Assembly: GCA_963785725.1 (NCBI GenBank)
Contig: CAWAWS010000005.1
Span: 320,165-384,164 of the forward strand
DNA: 64,000 bases
Source: an uncultured delta proteobacterium
GTDB lineage: Bacteria > Myxococcota_A > Polyangia > Palsa-1104
Direction: 5' to 3'
In this document: positions 32,375 through 44,530 of the stretch, piece after piece
Layout of the letters: each line of letters starts with the position of its first letter
How positions within the stretch are numbered: the stretch's first letter is position 1
Position numbers and translations under genes: made by a program
Notes under the pieces: model-generated
Told to the model about the DNA's origin: nothing
Database searches by the model: none
The model's input: the letters and a program-made list of their open reading frames with translations, nothing else

Positions 32375-32860
32375 GTGAGCGACACCATCCTGTATTCACT
32401 CGTCATCTATTCGATCGGCTGTGTCATCCCGACGCAGCTCGATCGCGAGCAGGCGCCGACGAATTATCCGCCGGTGTGGGTGACGTCGATGGTCATGCCG
32501 CCGTTCGGGCTGCTCGCGCCGGCCAAAGACACGCAGACGCAGATCAACCTGTTCGCGTCCGATCCCAACCTCGACGACACGCTCTATGCGCGCGCCTTCT
32601 TCTTCGACCCGACGACCAAGATGTACCAAATCACCAATACGGGGACGACGCTGATCTCGCTGCCGGTGACGTCGACGACCGACCCGTCGCAGGCGGCGAT
32701 CCGCGCGGGCAACTTCGAGCCGTTCGACTATTGCGACGGCCGCACGCAAGGGATCTCGTATTTGTACGCGTTCGTCGCCGACCGGCCCTTCGTCGGCAAT
32801 ACCAACGGCGTCAACGGCGGCCTCACCGATTCGAACCATTGGGAGCTGATGTGTCCGTGA
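32375..32860 (+). CDS. hypothetical lipoprotein
   Basis: GTG start after the sigma54 promoter; SIGC lipobox. Confidence 0.7.
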   Translation: MSDTILYSLVIYSIGCVIPTQLDREQAPTNYPPVWVTSMVMPPFGLLAPAKDTQTQINLFASDPNLDDTLYARAFFFDPTTKMYQITNTGTTLISLPVTSTTDPSQAAIRAGNFEPFDYCDGRTQGISYLYAFVADRPFVGNTNGVNGGLTDSNHWELMCP

Positions 32861-34494
32861 GGCTCCCCGTTGTCGTCGCGGCCGCGGCGCTGCTCGCGGT
32901 CGGCGGCTGTAGCTCGCACTTGAAGGGCGCCTCGTTGACCTGCGCGCCGCCCGAGTGCGCTGCCGACACCAAGCTGGCGCTCGTCGCCGAAGTGGTGCCG
33001 GCGGCGACGTCGCCCTATGTCGCGCAGGAGCTGACGAGCATCGACATCCTGGCGACCACCGACACGTTCACGCTGGCGCTCGACCCGGTCGTGACGCTGA
33101 GCGGCAGCGTGACCGTCGGCGGCGTCAACAACGGGCCGACGGCGGCGACGGTGTTGGCGACGCGGCCGTCCCGCATCGCGGGTCGGCCCGACGTCGTCTA
33201 CGCGGCGACGGTCGATCCGATCGCGGGCGCGTACTCGCTGGCGGTGTCGCGCAATCAAGCCGGCGAGCAGTATCTCGTTACGGTGTCGCCGACCGACGCG
33301 ACGCTGGTGCCGCCGATGCAGCGGACGGTGGACGCGCTCAGCGATCGCGCCGTCGACTTCGCGCTACCCGACCCGCTGACGCTGCCGCAGCTGCACGGCA
33401 CGGTCGTCGATTCGCTCGAGGACCCGATCGCCAACGTCCAGCTGCAAGCGACCGATCCGACGACGGGACAGGTCCTCTCGACGACGGTGAGCACCGACGC
33501 GACCGGCGCGTTCTCGCTGCGGCTCGTCGCCAACCCGCCGGGCACGGTGCAGCTGACCGCGGCGCCGGTGACGACGACGGCTCAGCTGCCGACGCTGACG
33601 CAAGCGGTGGACACGTCGAAGCTGTCGCCGACGACGAACGCGCTGACGGTGAACCTGGCGATGCCGGCGCTGCCCGTGGCGCTGCCCGTGAGCTATCTCG
33701 TCCAAGGCGCGAGCCCGAGCGGCGGCATGACGCCGGTGCCGGGCGCGGTGTGCGTGTTCACGACCGACGTGACCGATCCGCTCTCGACGATGGGCACGAA
33801 GGCGAGCTTCTCGGTGACGGCGATGGCCGATGACACCGGCACCGTCAACGCCAATCTGATCCCGAAGCCGAGCGGCAACCGAGTCTATAGTGTCAATGTT
33901 TCGCCCGACGCCAGCTCCAACTTCCAGCCGCTGACGACGAGCGTGACGGTGGCCAACAAAGGTTGGGGCGGGGACATTTCGCTCCTGCTGCGACCGCAGC
34001 TGTCGGGGCGCGTGGTCGACTCGAACGGTCAGCCGCTGTCGAGCCTGACCGTGGTGCCGGCGCTGGCGACGCTGGGCGAGAACGTCAGCGCGCAGATCTA
34101 CGCGGCCTTGACGGCGCCCGCGGCCACCAACGCCGACGACGACGGCCGCTTCGCCGTGCGCCTGAACCCGGGCGCGTGGGACATCGGGATCATCCCGGCC
34201 GCGACGTCGATGCTGCCGCGCGTGTGGCTCGACAAGCTGAGCGTGACCACCGGCGACGTGGTGCTGGCGAACCCGATCGTGCTGCCGATGGGCGTGGTCG
34301 TCCAAGGCAGCGTCATCGACGCGACCGGCGTCCCCATCACCAGCGCCGACGTGCGCATCTACGTCGTGCCCACCGCCAACTCCAGCTGCGACAGCGACGA
34401 TCTCGACTGCCTGGCGCCGGCGCGGCTCAGCGCCGAAGGGACGTCCGACAACAGCGGCATGGTCTCCGTCCTCTTGCCCAGCCAGCCCAAATGA
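32857..34494 (+). CDS. lipoprotein with carboxypeptidase-regulatory-like beta-sandwich repeats
   Basis: VGGC lipobox; repeated G.VVDS.G.P and TDATGAF motifs; Thr-rich. Confidence 0.78.
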   Translation: MRLPVVVAAAALLAVGGCSSHLKGASLTCAPPECAADTKLALVAEVVPAATSPYVAQELTSIDILATTDTFTLALDPVVTLSGSVTVGGVNNGPTAATVLATRPSRIAGRPDVVYAATVDPIAGAYSLAVSRNQAGEQYLVTVSPTDATLVPPMQRTVDALSDRAVDFALPDPLTLPQLHGTVVDSLEDPIANVQLQATDPTTGQVLSTTVSTDATGAFSLRLVANPPGTVQLTAAPVTTTAQLPTLTQAVDTSKLSPTTNALTVNLAMPALPVALPVSYLVQGASPSGGMTPVPGAVCVFTTDVTDPLSTMGTKASFSVTAMADDTGTVNANLIPKPSGNRVYSVNVSPDASSNFQPLTTSVTVANKGWGGDISLLLRPQLSGRVVDSNGQPLSSLTVVPALATLGENVSAQIYAALTAPAATNADDDGRFAVRLNPGAWDIGIIPAATSMLPRVWLDKLSVTTGDVVLANPIVLPMGVVVQGSVIDATGVPITSADVRIYVVPTANSSCDSDDLDCLAPARLSAEGTSDNSGMVSVLLPSQPK

Positions 34495-34534
34495 GCCGGT
34501 CAGCCAATTCCGTGCCAAACGCCGCCATCGGCGT

Positions 34535-34563
34535 TTGACAGGACGGGAAGTGTCGGGTAGCTT
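34535..34563 (+). promoter_or_regulatory. sigma70-like promoter
   Basis: TTGACA-17 bp-TAGCTT upstream of the 34587 ORF. Confidence 0.55.
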
Positions 34564-34586
34564 TCCAAAGTATCTAACGGCTTATT

Positions 34587-35168
34587 TTGCCACGTAGAAG
34601 CAAAGCAGACGCGAAACAGGAATTCCGCCGCTATCGTCAAGGTCTTCAGATCGCGACGTTCGGCACGACAGCCATTATTGTCGCCTGGCTCTTCGCGTCC
34701 GTCGCCCACAGCTTGTTCGCGCACCCCGCGGTGCGGCCAAGCGCGACGTTCAGCGGTCGTCCCGACGATGTCGAGGCGCTGTTGGATTGCCAGGCGGACG
34801 TCGAATCGCTCTTCGACGATATGAACCGCAAGCTCTTCGACCTCCAGGCCCTCGGTGCCAAGTACGACATCGAGGAAGGCCAGCAGTGGGAGGGGTTCTC
34901 GACGCAGTGGCTTCGTCGCCGACGGGAAATCGGCGCGCGTTGTCGCTTCGACGAGCTTTCGGGACACGGGCTCGGAGCGGCGTACGATCACCTGGCGGTG
35001 GTCTACGGCGAGCTCGAGGAGGTGCAGCGCGCCTATGCGGTGCTCCTCTACAATTACATCGATCATCACGCGTCGCGCGTCGACGACATCCGGCACGCGC
35101 TCGAATCGTCGCGCAAGACGTTCGAGCAGCAGCGTGCCGCGCGGGGCGCTGGGACGCGCGCGGGGTGA
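34587..35168 (+). CDS. hypothetical membrane-anchored helical protein
   Basis: One TM helix followed by a helical domain; TTG start. Confidence 0.6.
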   Translation: MPRRSKADAKQEFRRYRQGLQIATFGTTAIIVAWLFASVAHSLFAHPAVRPSATFSGRPDDVEALLDCQADVESLFDDMNRKLFDLQALGAKYDIEEGQQWEGFSTQWLRRRREIGARCRFDELSGHGLGAAYDHLAVVYGELEEVQRAYAVLLYNYIDHHASRVDDIRHALESSRKTFEQQRAARGAGTRAG

Positions 35169-35198
35169 TCGACATGCAAGCAGTCACGGAGAAGTGGA

Positions 35199-37436
35199 AT
35201 GAACACAGAGGTGGAGTCCGGCACCGTCGAGCCGACGGTGGCCGAGACGCAAGGCGCGCCCGCAGCGGCGGCGCCCCAAACGAAAGCGCACGACAACCAT
35301 AACAACGGCGACAGTAACGGGAACGCAGCAGCAGTAGCAGTCTCTGACAATCCGTTGGCCACGTGGGAAGAGCTCGGCGTCAAGCCGGAGCTGATTTCGA
35401 CGCTGCTGGAGATGGGCTTTACGATGCCCATGCCGGTGCAGCGGGCGGTCTTCTCGCGCATGATGGCGGGCAAAGACGTGCTCGTGCAGTCGCGAACGGG
35501 CAGCGGCAAGACGGCGGCGTTCGGAATTCCGTTCGCGCAGGGCCTCATCGACGGCGACAAGAAGCAGGTCCAGGCGCTGTGTCTGGCGCCGACGCGCGAG
35601 CTGGCGCTGCAGGTCGGCGCAGGAGTGCGAGAAGATCGCCGCCGACAAGCTGCACGTCGTCCCCGTCTACGGCGGCGCGCCGATGGGCAAGCAGATCGAG
35701 CAGCTCAAGGCGGGCGCGCAGGTCGTCGCCGGCACGCCGGGGCGCGTGCTCGACCATTTGCGCCGCGGCACGCTCAACCTCGACGGGCTCAAGATCCTCG
35801 TGCTCGACGAGGCCGACGAGATGCTGTCGATGGGCTTCCTCGAGGAGATCACCGAGATCATCAAGCGCTGCCCGACCGATCGGCAGACGGTGCTGTTCTC
35901 GGCGACGATCCCCGACGACATCGAGCGCATCGGGTCGCGCTACATGCGCAATCCGGAGAAGATCGCGCTCTCGACGGGCAACGTCGGCGTCCAGGAGATC
36001 ACGCACACCTATTACATGGTGAGCGGCATGGGGCGCGCGCAAGCGATCTCGTGCGCGTGCTCGACCAGGAGAAGCCCGAGAGCGCCATCATCTTCTGCAA
36101 CACGCGCGAAGATACGTCGCTGGTCGCGGAGTTCCTGCGCAAGAGCGGCATCGACGCCGAGGCGATCTCGAGCGATCTGACGCAAAAAGATCGCGAGCGC
36201 GTGATGGGCCGCATGAAGGACAAGAATCTGCATTACCTCGTCGCGACCGACATCGCGGCGCGCGGCATCGACATCTCGAACCTGTCGCACGTCATCAACT
36301 ACACGTTCCCGGAGTCGGCCGAAGTCTACGTCCACCGCACCGGCCGCACCGGACGCGCGGGCAAGTCGGGCATGGCGATCTCGCTGATCTCGCCGCGCGA
36401 GCTGGGCAATTTCTACATGCTCAAGCTGACGTACAAGATCAAGCCGGAAGAGCGCACGCTGCCGTCGGACGAGCAGTACAAGACGGCCAAAGAGGCGCTC
36501 AAGGTCGACGAGCTCAAGGCCAAGCTGGGCGTGCGGCAGCCGGACGCGACGTGGCGGCAGCTGGCCAAGCGCGTGTGGGCGTCGGACGAAGGCGAGCGGC
36601 TGGTGGCGATCCTCATCGAGGATCGGCTGACCGGCACGGCGGCGGCTGCGTCGTCGCCGTCGTCGTCACCGCCGCGTGAAGAGCGGCAGCGCTCGCAGGC
36701 GCCGCGGGCGGCGTCGCCGGCGCTGGAGCCGATTCCGTCGGCCGGTCCGACGGGCGGCTTCTCGTCGCCGCCGCCGGCCCAGCGCGACAAGCCGCGCGAC
36801 AAGCCGAGCGATCGGGCGCCGCTGCCGGCGCGCGTGGCGACGGCGCCGGCGGTCGTCAAGGACGCGGCCGAGGCGACGGCGACCCCGGGCGCGGCCAAAG
36901 ACGACGCGGCCGAAGGCGAAAAGCGCGAGCGCAAGCGGCGCACGCGGCGTGGCGGTCGCGGCGGCGAGCGCGAGCGTCGTGACCCGGCCGGCGAGCAGAA
37001 GCCGCCGCGCCGCAACGCCGAGACCATCGACAACTCCGACGGCAAAGAGTTCTGGGAAGCGTGGGTCGACTCGAAGACGGAGCCGACCGCGGCCGGCGAC
37101 GGCGACAAGCCGGCGACCGCCGCGTCCGAGCCGCGCCCCGACAAGGGCGAGCGTGGCGGCCGCAATCGCAGCAGCGAGCGCGAGCGTGAGAACGAGGCGC
37201 CGCTGCCGGAAGGTCACGTGCGGCTGTACTTGAACCTCGGTCGCCGCGACAGCGCCAAAGAGCCGGAGATCGAGAAGCTCATCGCCGATCACAGCCTCGA
37301 GGTGCAGAGCTTCCAGGTGCGCAACTCGCACACCTACCTCATCATGCTCGACGAGCGCGCCGACGCGGCCATCGCGGCGCTCAGCGGCAACAAGTTCGGC
37401 GAGCGCGACATCGTCTGCGAGCGCGCCCGCAAATAA
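35199..37436 (+). CDS. DEAD-box RNA helicase with DbpA-type RNA-binding C-terminus (compensating frameshifts near 35620 and 36040)
   Basis: TGSGKT, PTRELA, TPGR, DEAD and SAT (the last three in a shifted frame), ARGID, HRTGRTGR and RLYLNLGRRD. Confidence 0.92.
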   Translation: MNTEVESGTVEPTVAETQGAPAAAAPQTKAHDNHNNGDSNGNAAAVAVSDNPLATWEELGVKPELISTLLEMGFTMPMPVQRAVFSRMMAGKDVLVQSRTGSGKTAAFGIPFAQGLIDGDKKQVQALCLAPTRELALQVGAGVREDRRRQAARRPRLRRRADGQADRAAQGGRAGRRRHAGARARPFAPRHAQPRRAQDPRARRGRRDAVDGLPRGDHRDHQALPDRSADGAVLGDDPRRHRAHRVALHAQSGEDRALDGQRRRPGDHAHLLHGERHGARASDLVRVLDQEKPESAIIFCNTREDTSLVAEFLRKSGIDAEAISSDLTQKDRERVMGRMKDKNLHYLVATDIAARGIDISNLSHVINYTFPESAEVYVHRTGRTGRAGKSGMAISLISPRELGNFYMLKLTYKIKPEERTLPSDEQYKTAKEALKVDELKAKLGVRQPDATWRQLAKRVWASDEGERLVAILIEDRLTGTAAAASSPSSSPPREERQRSQAPRAASPALEPIPSAGPTGGFSSPPPAQRDKPRDKPSDRAPLPARVATAPAVVKDAAEATATPGAAKDDAAEGEKRERKRRTRRGGRGGERERRDPAGEQKPPRRNAETIDNSDGKEFWEAWVDSKTEPTAAGDGDKPATAASEPRPDKGERGGRNRSSERERENEAPLPEGHVRLYLNLGRRDSAKEPEIEKLIADHSLEVQSFQVRNSHTYLIMLDERADAAIAALSGNKFGERDIVCERARK

Positions 37437-37544
37437 GCGCGCGCTCTCCTACCCTACCGAAAACAACGAGCAGCGCGGCGTCCGCCCTCAAGCGGCGCCG
37501 CGACTGTTTATCCTTCTCTCAAGCCAAAGCCGAGCGCGCGCCCG

Positions 37545-38579
37545 TCATGTCGCGGCGCCCGCCAGCATGCCGCAGGCGGCGTCGACGGATTTGCCGCCCG
37601 AATAGCGGCGGACGATGGGCGCGCCCAGCGGCTGCAGCCAGTCGACGAACTGCTTGCGCTCGGCGTCCGACGGCGGCAGGAAGTGGCCGCCGGCGTCATT
37701 GACGTCGATGAGGTTGAGCCGCACGGGGATGCCGCGCAACAGCTCGCACAGCGCGGCCGCGTCGTCGGCGCCGCAGTTGACGCCGGCGATGACGACATAC
37801 TCCAGCGTCACCAAGCTGCGCGTCACCTCGGCATGCTCGCGCACGGCGTCGATGAGCTCCTCGATCGGCCAGGTCTTCTCCGCTGCCGGCATGAGCGAGC
37901 GGCGCTTCGGCTTGGTCGCGCCCGTCAACGAGATCGCCAGCCGATAGGGATGCCGCTCGGCCGTAAAGCGCCGCAGCGTCGGCACGACGCCCGACGTCGA
38001 GATCGTGATCGCGCGCCCGCTGATGGCCGCGCCCGACGGATCGGCGAAGATGCGCGCCGCGCGAATGACATTGTCGTAGTTGAGGAACGGCTCGCCCATG
38101 CCCATGAAGACGACGCCGCGCACCGGACGATCGGCCTCGTCGCGGATGATGCGCAGCTGCTCGACGATCTCCCACGTCGTCAGGTTGCGCTTGAAGCCGA
38201 GCTTGCCGGTGGCGCAGAAGACGCAATCGAGCGGGCAGCCCGCCTGCGACGAGATGCACAGCGTGTATTTGTCGTCGAAGATGGGGATGCGCACCGCCTC
38301 GATGAGCGCGCCGTCGTCGAGCTTGAAGAGGTACTTCATGAAGTTGTCGGCCGGATCGCGGCGCCGCTCGACGACCTGCAGCGTCGGCGTCGCCAGCAGC
38401 GAATCGGCCAGCCGCAGCTTCGCCTTCGCCATGTGTTTGATGTCCCAATGGCGACGGCGGTGCTGCACGTGATGCGCGAAGATGCGGCGCGCCTCGTGTG
38501 CGACGAAGCCGTGCGGCGCCAAGAACGCCTCCAGCTCCGGCGGCGTCATATCGGTGAGAACGGGCCTGGCGTCGGTCAA
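37545..38579 (-). CDS. RlmN/Cfr-family radical SAM RNA methyltransferase
   Basis: CISSQAGCPLDCVFCATG, MGMGEP, ISTSG and AACG. Confidence 0.9.
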   Translation of the reverse strand: MTDARPVLTDMTPPELEAFLAPHGFVAHEARRIFAHHVQHRRRHWDIKHMAKAKLRLADSLLATPTLQVVERRRDPADNFMKYLFKLDDGALIEAVRIPIFDDKYTLCISSQAGCPLDCVFCATGKLGFKRNLTTWEIVEQLRIIRDEADRPVRGVVFMGMGEPFLNYDNVIRAARIFADPSGAAISGRAITISTSGVVPTLRRFTAERHPYRLAISLTGATKPKRRSLMPAAEKTWPIEELIDAVREHAEVTRSLVTLEYVVIAGVNCGADDAAALCELLRGIPVRLNLIDVNDAGGHFLPPSDAERKQFVDWLQPLGAPIVRRYSGGKSVDAACGMLAGAAT

Positions 38580-38664
38580 TTGCAGCTCTCGGTAAAGTTC
38601 GGACGGACAGCGGCGCAGTATAGCCGAGCCGGCCGCGAAAGCTTCAGCCAGCGAAAATGAGTGG

Positions 38665-40488
<1,824 letters not shown>

Positions 40489-40658
40489 GCGTCTTAGTCC
40501 CGCCTCTAGGCTAATGCCCCAATTCTTGCGGGCAGCGTTGCGATCCTAACATGCGTTCGACGGTTGTCTCCCGCAAAAGGTTCTACCAGCGACGGCCGAC
40601 AGACCTTCCGTATTCAATCGCCGGCCGGACGCGGGAAAACCCAAGGTAGGATGCGGGA

Positions 40659-42236
40659 CTACTCGAACGGGTTGCGCAGATCGGACGTGTGGTGCGCGGG
40701 CGCGTGTGTGCCGTTGTCGTCCTTGGAGCTGCGCGCTTTGACGGCCGCGGACGACGAACGCGTCGCCGTGACGCGCGCTTTCGGCTGCAGCACGAACGCC
40801 AGCGTCTGGTCGCGATCGAGCGTCACGCTGCGCACGACGTCTTTGAACCCGGCGCGACGAATGGTGAAGCTCGACGGCTCGCTGGCGCGGGCGCGCTTGA
40901 CGTCGATGGGCGCCACGCCGAGCCGCTCGGCGCCGAGCAGCACTTCGGCGCCCGGCGGATCGGTCGAGATCTGAATTTCCACTTCCGCGGCCGACGCCAC
41001 CGGTGGCGGCACGCTCGGCTGCGGGTTGGACGCGGCGATCGTCGGCTGCGGCGCGGCCGGCGGCGTCGCGATCGTCGCCTGCGCGGCCGACGCCACGACG
41101 CGCGGCGGCCGATTGTGCGCCGCCAGCGCGAACACGAGCAGGAACGCCGCCGCCACCGCCGTCGCGCTGACGATGTACAGCGGCGCGCGCGTCCGCGGCA
41201 CCTCGGTCAACGAGCCCGTCGGCGGCGGCACCACCATCGTCGCCGGCACGCGCCGCGCCGGCGCCACCATGCCCGCGCGCAGCTGCGCATCCACCGACTC
41301 CAGCGCCGCGATGAGCGCCATCATGTCGGCGTAGCGATGCTCCGGCTTCTTCTCCAGCATGCGCAAGACGACCTTCTCGACCGCCGCGGGAATTTGCAGC
41401 TCCGGCCGCAGCTGCGACGGCGGAACGACCGCCTCGAAGACGTGCTTGGTCAGCGTCTTGGGCGCGTTGTCGGCCTTGAACGGCACGTCGCCCGTCAGCA
41501 TCTCGTACAAAATACAGCCGAGCGCGTACTGGTCGACGCGATGATCGGTCTCTTGCCCCGTCGCTTGCTCGGGCGACATGTATTCGGGCGTGCCCAAGAC
41601 CATCCCGACCGCCGTCAGCCGCTTGCCCGCCTTGACGTCCTTGGCGATGCCGAAGTCGACGATCTTGACGAAGTCGGCCTGGCCGTCGCGCTCGAGCACG
41701 AAGATGTTCTCGGGCTTCAAATCGCGGTGAATGATCGACTGCATGTGCGCCGCGTGTAGGCCGCGCGCGGTCTGAATGGCGATGCCGATGGCGCGTCCCG
41801 CCGGCAAGGTGCGCTGGTCGTGGATGAGCTTGCCCAAGGTCGGGCCGGCGAAATATTCCATCACGAAGTAGGCGTTGCCCGCGGGCAGGACGCCGAAGTC
41901 GGTGATGTCGACGATGTTCTGATGGCCTATCTTCGAAGCGGCCTTGGCCTCGACGATGAACCGCTGCGCCGAGGATTCGTCGGCGGCGGCCTCTTTGCGC
42001 AAAACCTTGATGGCGACGCGCTTATCGATGATGGCGTGGCGCGCGGCGTAAACCTGGCCCATGCCGCCTTCGCCGAGCAGGGCTTCGATGATGTAGCGGC
42101 CGTCGATCGTCTGACCGATGAGCGGGTCGTACATCGCTTGCGTGCCGCCGGGCGGCAACGGCAGCCGCTCGCCATCACGCGGACAAAACTCCAGCGCGTC
42201 CGGATACTGCACCGCGCACTGACTGCAAACCTTCAC
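40659..42236 (-). CDS. membrane Ser/Thr protein kinase with N-terminal Cys motif and PEGA domain
   Basis: CSQC...FCPRDG, GEGGMG, HRDLKPEN and DFG; TM helix; STDPPGAEV. Confidence 0.95.
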   Translation of the reverse strand: MKVCSQCAVQYPDALEFCPRDGERLPLPPGGTQAMYDPLIGQTIDGRYIIEALLGEGGMGQVYAARHAIIDKRVAIKVLRKEAAADESSAQRFIVEAKAASKIGHQNIVDITDFGVLPAGNAYFVMEYFAGPTLGKLIHDQRTLPAGRAIGIAIQTARGLHAAHMQSIIHRDLKPENIFVLERDGQADFVKIVDFGIAKDVKAGKRLTAVGMVLGTPEYMSPEQATGQETDHRVDQYALGCILYEMLTGDVPFKADNAPKTLTKHVFEAVVPPSQLRPELQIPAAVEKVVLRMLEKKPEHRYADMMALIAALESVDAQLRAGMVAPARRVPATMVVPPPTGSLTEVPRTRAPLYIVSATAVAAAFLLVFALAAHNRPPRVVASAAQATIATPPAAPQPTIAASNPQPSVPPPVASAAEVEIQISTDPPGAEVLLGAERLGVAPIDVKRARASEPSSFTIRRAGFKDVVRSVTLDRDQTLAFVLQPKARVTATRSSSAAVKARSSKDDNGTHAPAHHTSDLRNPFE

Positions 42237-42264
42237 GGAGGACTACTATAACACGGGGAAACGT

Positions 42265-44115
42265 CTACAAAAGCGGTATGGACCGCAGCATGGCCGAGCA
42301 TGAATGTTGGATGAAGTCGATGCGGATGTAGCGCTTGACGTCCGACATGAGCAGGCCGCCGCGCGCCGCTTCCGGATTGGCCATGAGCCAGGCGTCGTCG
42401 TCGCTGATCTGATGCGCGAGCAGGAACTGCATGCCGCGACGGATCTGCTCGAGCGTGCGCGGATCGGGCTTGCCGCGACGCGCTTGTAAGCGATAGGTCG
42501 AGATCGTCGTCTCCGATCGGCTTCCGACGGGCGTGGCGTGCGGCGGCAAGAACGGCGAGAAGCCGTAGGCGCCCAAAAAATCGGGCTGGGCGCGCGTGAT
42601 CGCTTCGTCGGGGCCGAACTGGGTGCGGCGCATGAAGCCGACGAAGTCGTCGCAGAAGCGCGCGTAAGGCTCGCGCGCGGCCGGTGCCAGCGCGTCCCAA
42701 CCGGCGTCGACGGCCATGCAGGTCCAATGATCCTCGCCGAAGTAGAACTTGCCGGCCAGCGTCGCGTATTGGGTGTCGGTCAAATAGTGCAGCGCGTGAT
42801 CGAGCGCGGTCGCGTAGCGCGCGTAGTCGCGATCGGCCGGGCCCAAGAGCGCCGTCAGCTTGCCCAGCGCGAACGCGGCCTCGCCCGAGAAATACAGCAT
42901 CTTCGTATGCTCGTCGCGCGCGTCACGACGCGGATCGTACAGGTGGCGGAAGTCGCCGTCGGGCGTCTGCATGTAGACGAGGAAATTCGCCAGGCGGCGC
43001 GCCCACGGCTCGTAGTCGCGCCGGCCCGTCGCCGCTTGGTACTCGACGGCGGCGAGCAGCGACATGGCGGCGGCGCCGAGGTCGACCGACGCGTCGCCGG
43101 CGTTGCCGACGCAGGCGCGGTCGGCGCGGTCGCAGCTCCCCGGATGACGCTGGGCCAAAAAGCCGATGGCGCGCGCGGCGCCGTCGCGGAAGGCGTCGTC
43201 GTGGCTGAACGCGTAGAGCTGCGCCAAGTAATAGGTCGCGCCGGCGTGTCGCGGCAGCGAGTAGTCGAGGCTGAAGGCTTCGTCTTTGTCGGTCGCGGGC
43301 GTGTATTCGTAGCCGAAGCGACCGTCGTCGTAGAGGTGGCGCAAGAGGTAGCGGCCGCCGGCGATGGCGCCGGCGCGCAGGTTCTCTTTGCTGACCGGCG
43401 GACCGGGCACGTCGCCGCGGGTGACGGGCAGCGCGCGACCACGCAACGTCGGGTCGGCGGGCTCGACGAAGGCGTCGGCGGCGAAGCGGAACCACGATTT
43501 GCGCGCGGCGGCGAAGGCATCCTCGTCGAGGCCGAGCGACTGGCCGAGCAGCTTGCCGATGGCGACGGGATCGCAGCCGAGCTCGAGGTCCATGCCGCGC
43601 AAGGGCTCGGCGGCGGCGAGCACGTCGGCGCGCATGAGCTCGTCGACGGTCAGATAGGCCTCGCGGCCGTTGGCGCGCACGCCGACGCCGTCGCGGCCGG
43701 GCACGATCGAGAGCGCGAACAGCGGCGCGAACGTCGCGACGATCGGCGCGCGCGCCAGCGTGACGTCGACTTTGAGCCGGCCGCGGGCGTGGGCGTCGTC
43801 GGATTGCGCGGTGCGACCGAGCTGCGCGACGACGTCGGCGACGGCGGCGGCCAGCGTCGGCGCGCGCGATTCCAGGCGGAGCTCGGGCGCGCCATCGACG
43901 AAGAGCGCGACAAAGAGCGGGCCGGCGAGCGGACGATTGCCGACCGCGGTCGCCGGCGCGGCCGCGTGGTCGAGCGCGGCGCGCAGCGTGGCCATGACCG
44001 CCGCGCGATCGCCGTCGGACAGCGGCGCCGCGGCCGGCAAGCGCGCCCAGCCAGCGACGGCGAGCCAGAGCGCGATCATCGCGACTGAGAAGGCGCCGAC
44101 GAGCTTGGGGATCAT
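42265..44115 (-). CDS. exported hypothetical protein with probable (alpha/alpha)-toroid C-terminal domain
   Basis: N-terminal TM; GRFGYEY, YSLPRHAG, YFSGEAAFAL and IRIDFIQH. Confidence 0.7.
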   Translation of the reverse strand: MIPKLVGAFSVAMIALWLAVAGWARLPAAAPLSDGDRAAVMATLRAALDHAAAPATAVGNRPLAGPLFVALFVDGAPELRLESRAPTLAAAVADVVAQLGRTAQSDDAHARGRLKVDVTLARAPIVATFAPLFALSIVPGRDGVGVRANGREAYLTVDELMRADVLAAAEPLRGMDLELGCDPVAIGKLLGQSLGLDEDAFAAARKSWFRFAADAFVEPADPTLRGRALPVTRGDVPGPPVSKENLRAGAIAGGRYLLRHLYDDGRFGYEYTPATDKDEAFSLDYSLPRHAGATYYLAQLYAFSHDDAFRDGAARAIGFLAQRHPGSCDRADRACVGNAGDASVDLGAAAMSLLAAVEYQAATGRRDYEPWARRLANFLVYMQTPDGDFRHLYDPRRDARDEHTKMLYFSGEAAFALGKLTALLGPADRDYARYATALDHALHYLTDTQYATLAGKFYFGEDHWTCMAVDAGWDALAPAAREPYARFCDDFVGFMRRTQFGPDEAITRAQPDFLGAYGFSPFLPPHATPVGSRSETTISTYRLQARRGKPDPRTLEQIRRGMQFLLAHQISDDDAWLMANPEAARGGLLMSDVKRYIRIDFIQHSCSAMLRSIPLL

Positions 44116-44498
44116 GAGCTGCTGGCGCGGCCGAGCAAGAAGCGCAGCTGAAACAGCGGCAAGAGCGCGAACGCTTCGACGATCAAGGCGGCGATGGCCA
44201 AGCAGATCGCCGCCATGCCCTGACCGAGCGCGCCGTAGATGCCGCGCAAGTAGGCGCTCGAGATGACCAAGGCGACGATGACGGCGGCGGCGAACAGGAG
44301 CAGCACCACCGACGCGGCGATGGCGGCGACGCGACCCCAGCGCGCGCCGAGCAAGAGGCCGACGCCGGCCGTGGTCAAGAGCGCGCACACGAGGCCGAGG
44401 CCGAGGTTGAACGGCGTCGAGCGGCCGGGCGTGAACACGAAGCCGACGTAGGCGTACAAGGCCGCGAACGCGAGATCGAGCGCACCGTAGAGCTTCAC
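44112..44498 (-). CDS. small integral membrane protein
   Basis: Four hydrophobic segments; GTG start; stop overlaps the next ATG. Confidence 0.7.
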   Translation of the reverse strand: MKLYGALDLAFAALYAYVGFVFTPGRSTPFNLGLGLVCALLTTAGVGLLLGARWGRVAAIAASVVLLLFAAAVIVALVISSAYLRGIYGALGQGMAAICLAIAALIVEAFALLPLFQLRFLLGRASSS

Positions 44499-44530
44499 GG
44501 CGCGCACTGTACCCGCATTTGCCGTGAAGA

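Noticed and set aside
35600..36060. Programmed frameshifting in the DEAD-box helicase (also M23, histidine kinase and TPR genes)
   Set aside because: No slippery sites are evident, and scattered indels in GC runs fit long-read errors.
37545..38579. Cfr-type resistance gene or RiPP radical SAM enzyme
   Set aside because: The motifs fit the general RlmN family, with no precursor peptide or mobile context; the subtype cannot be resolved without a phylogeny.
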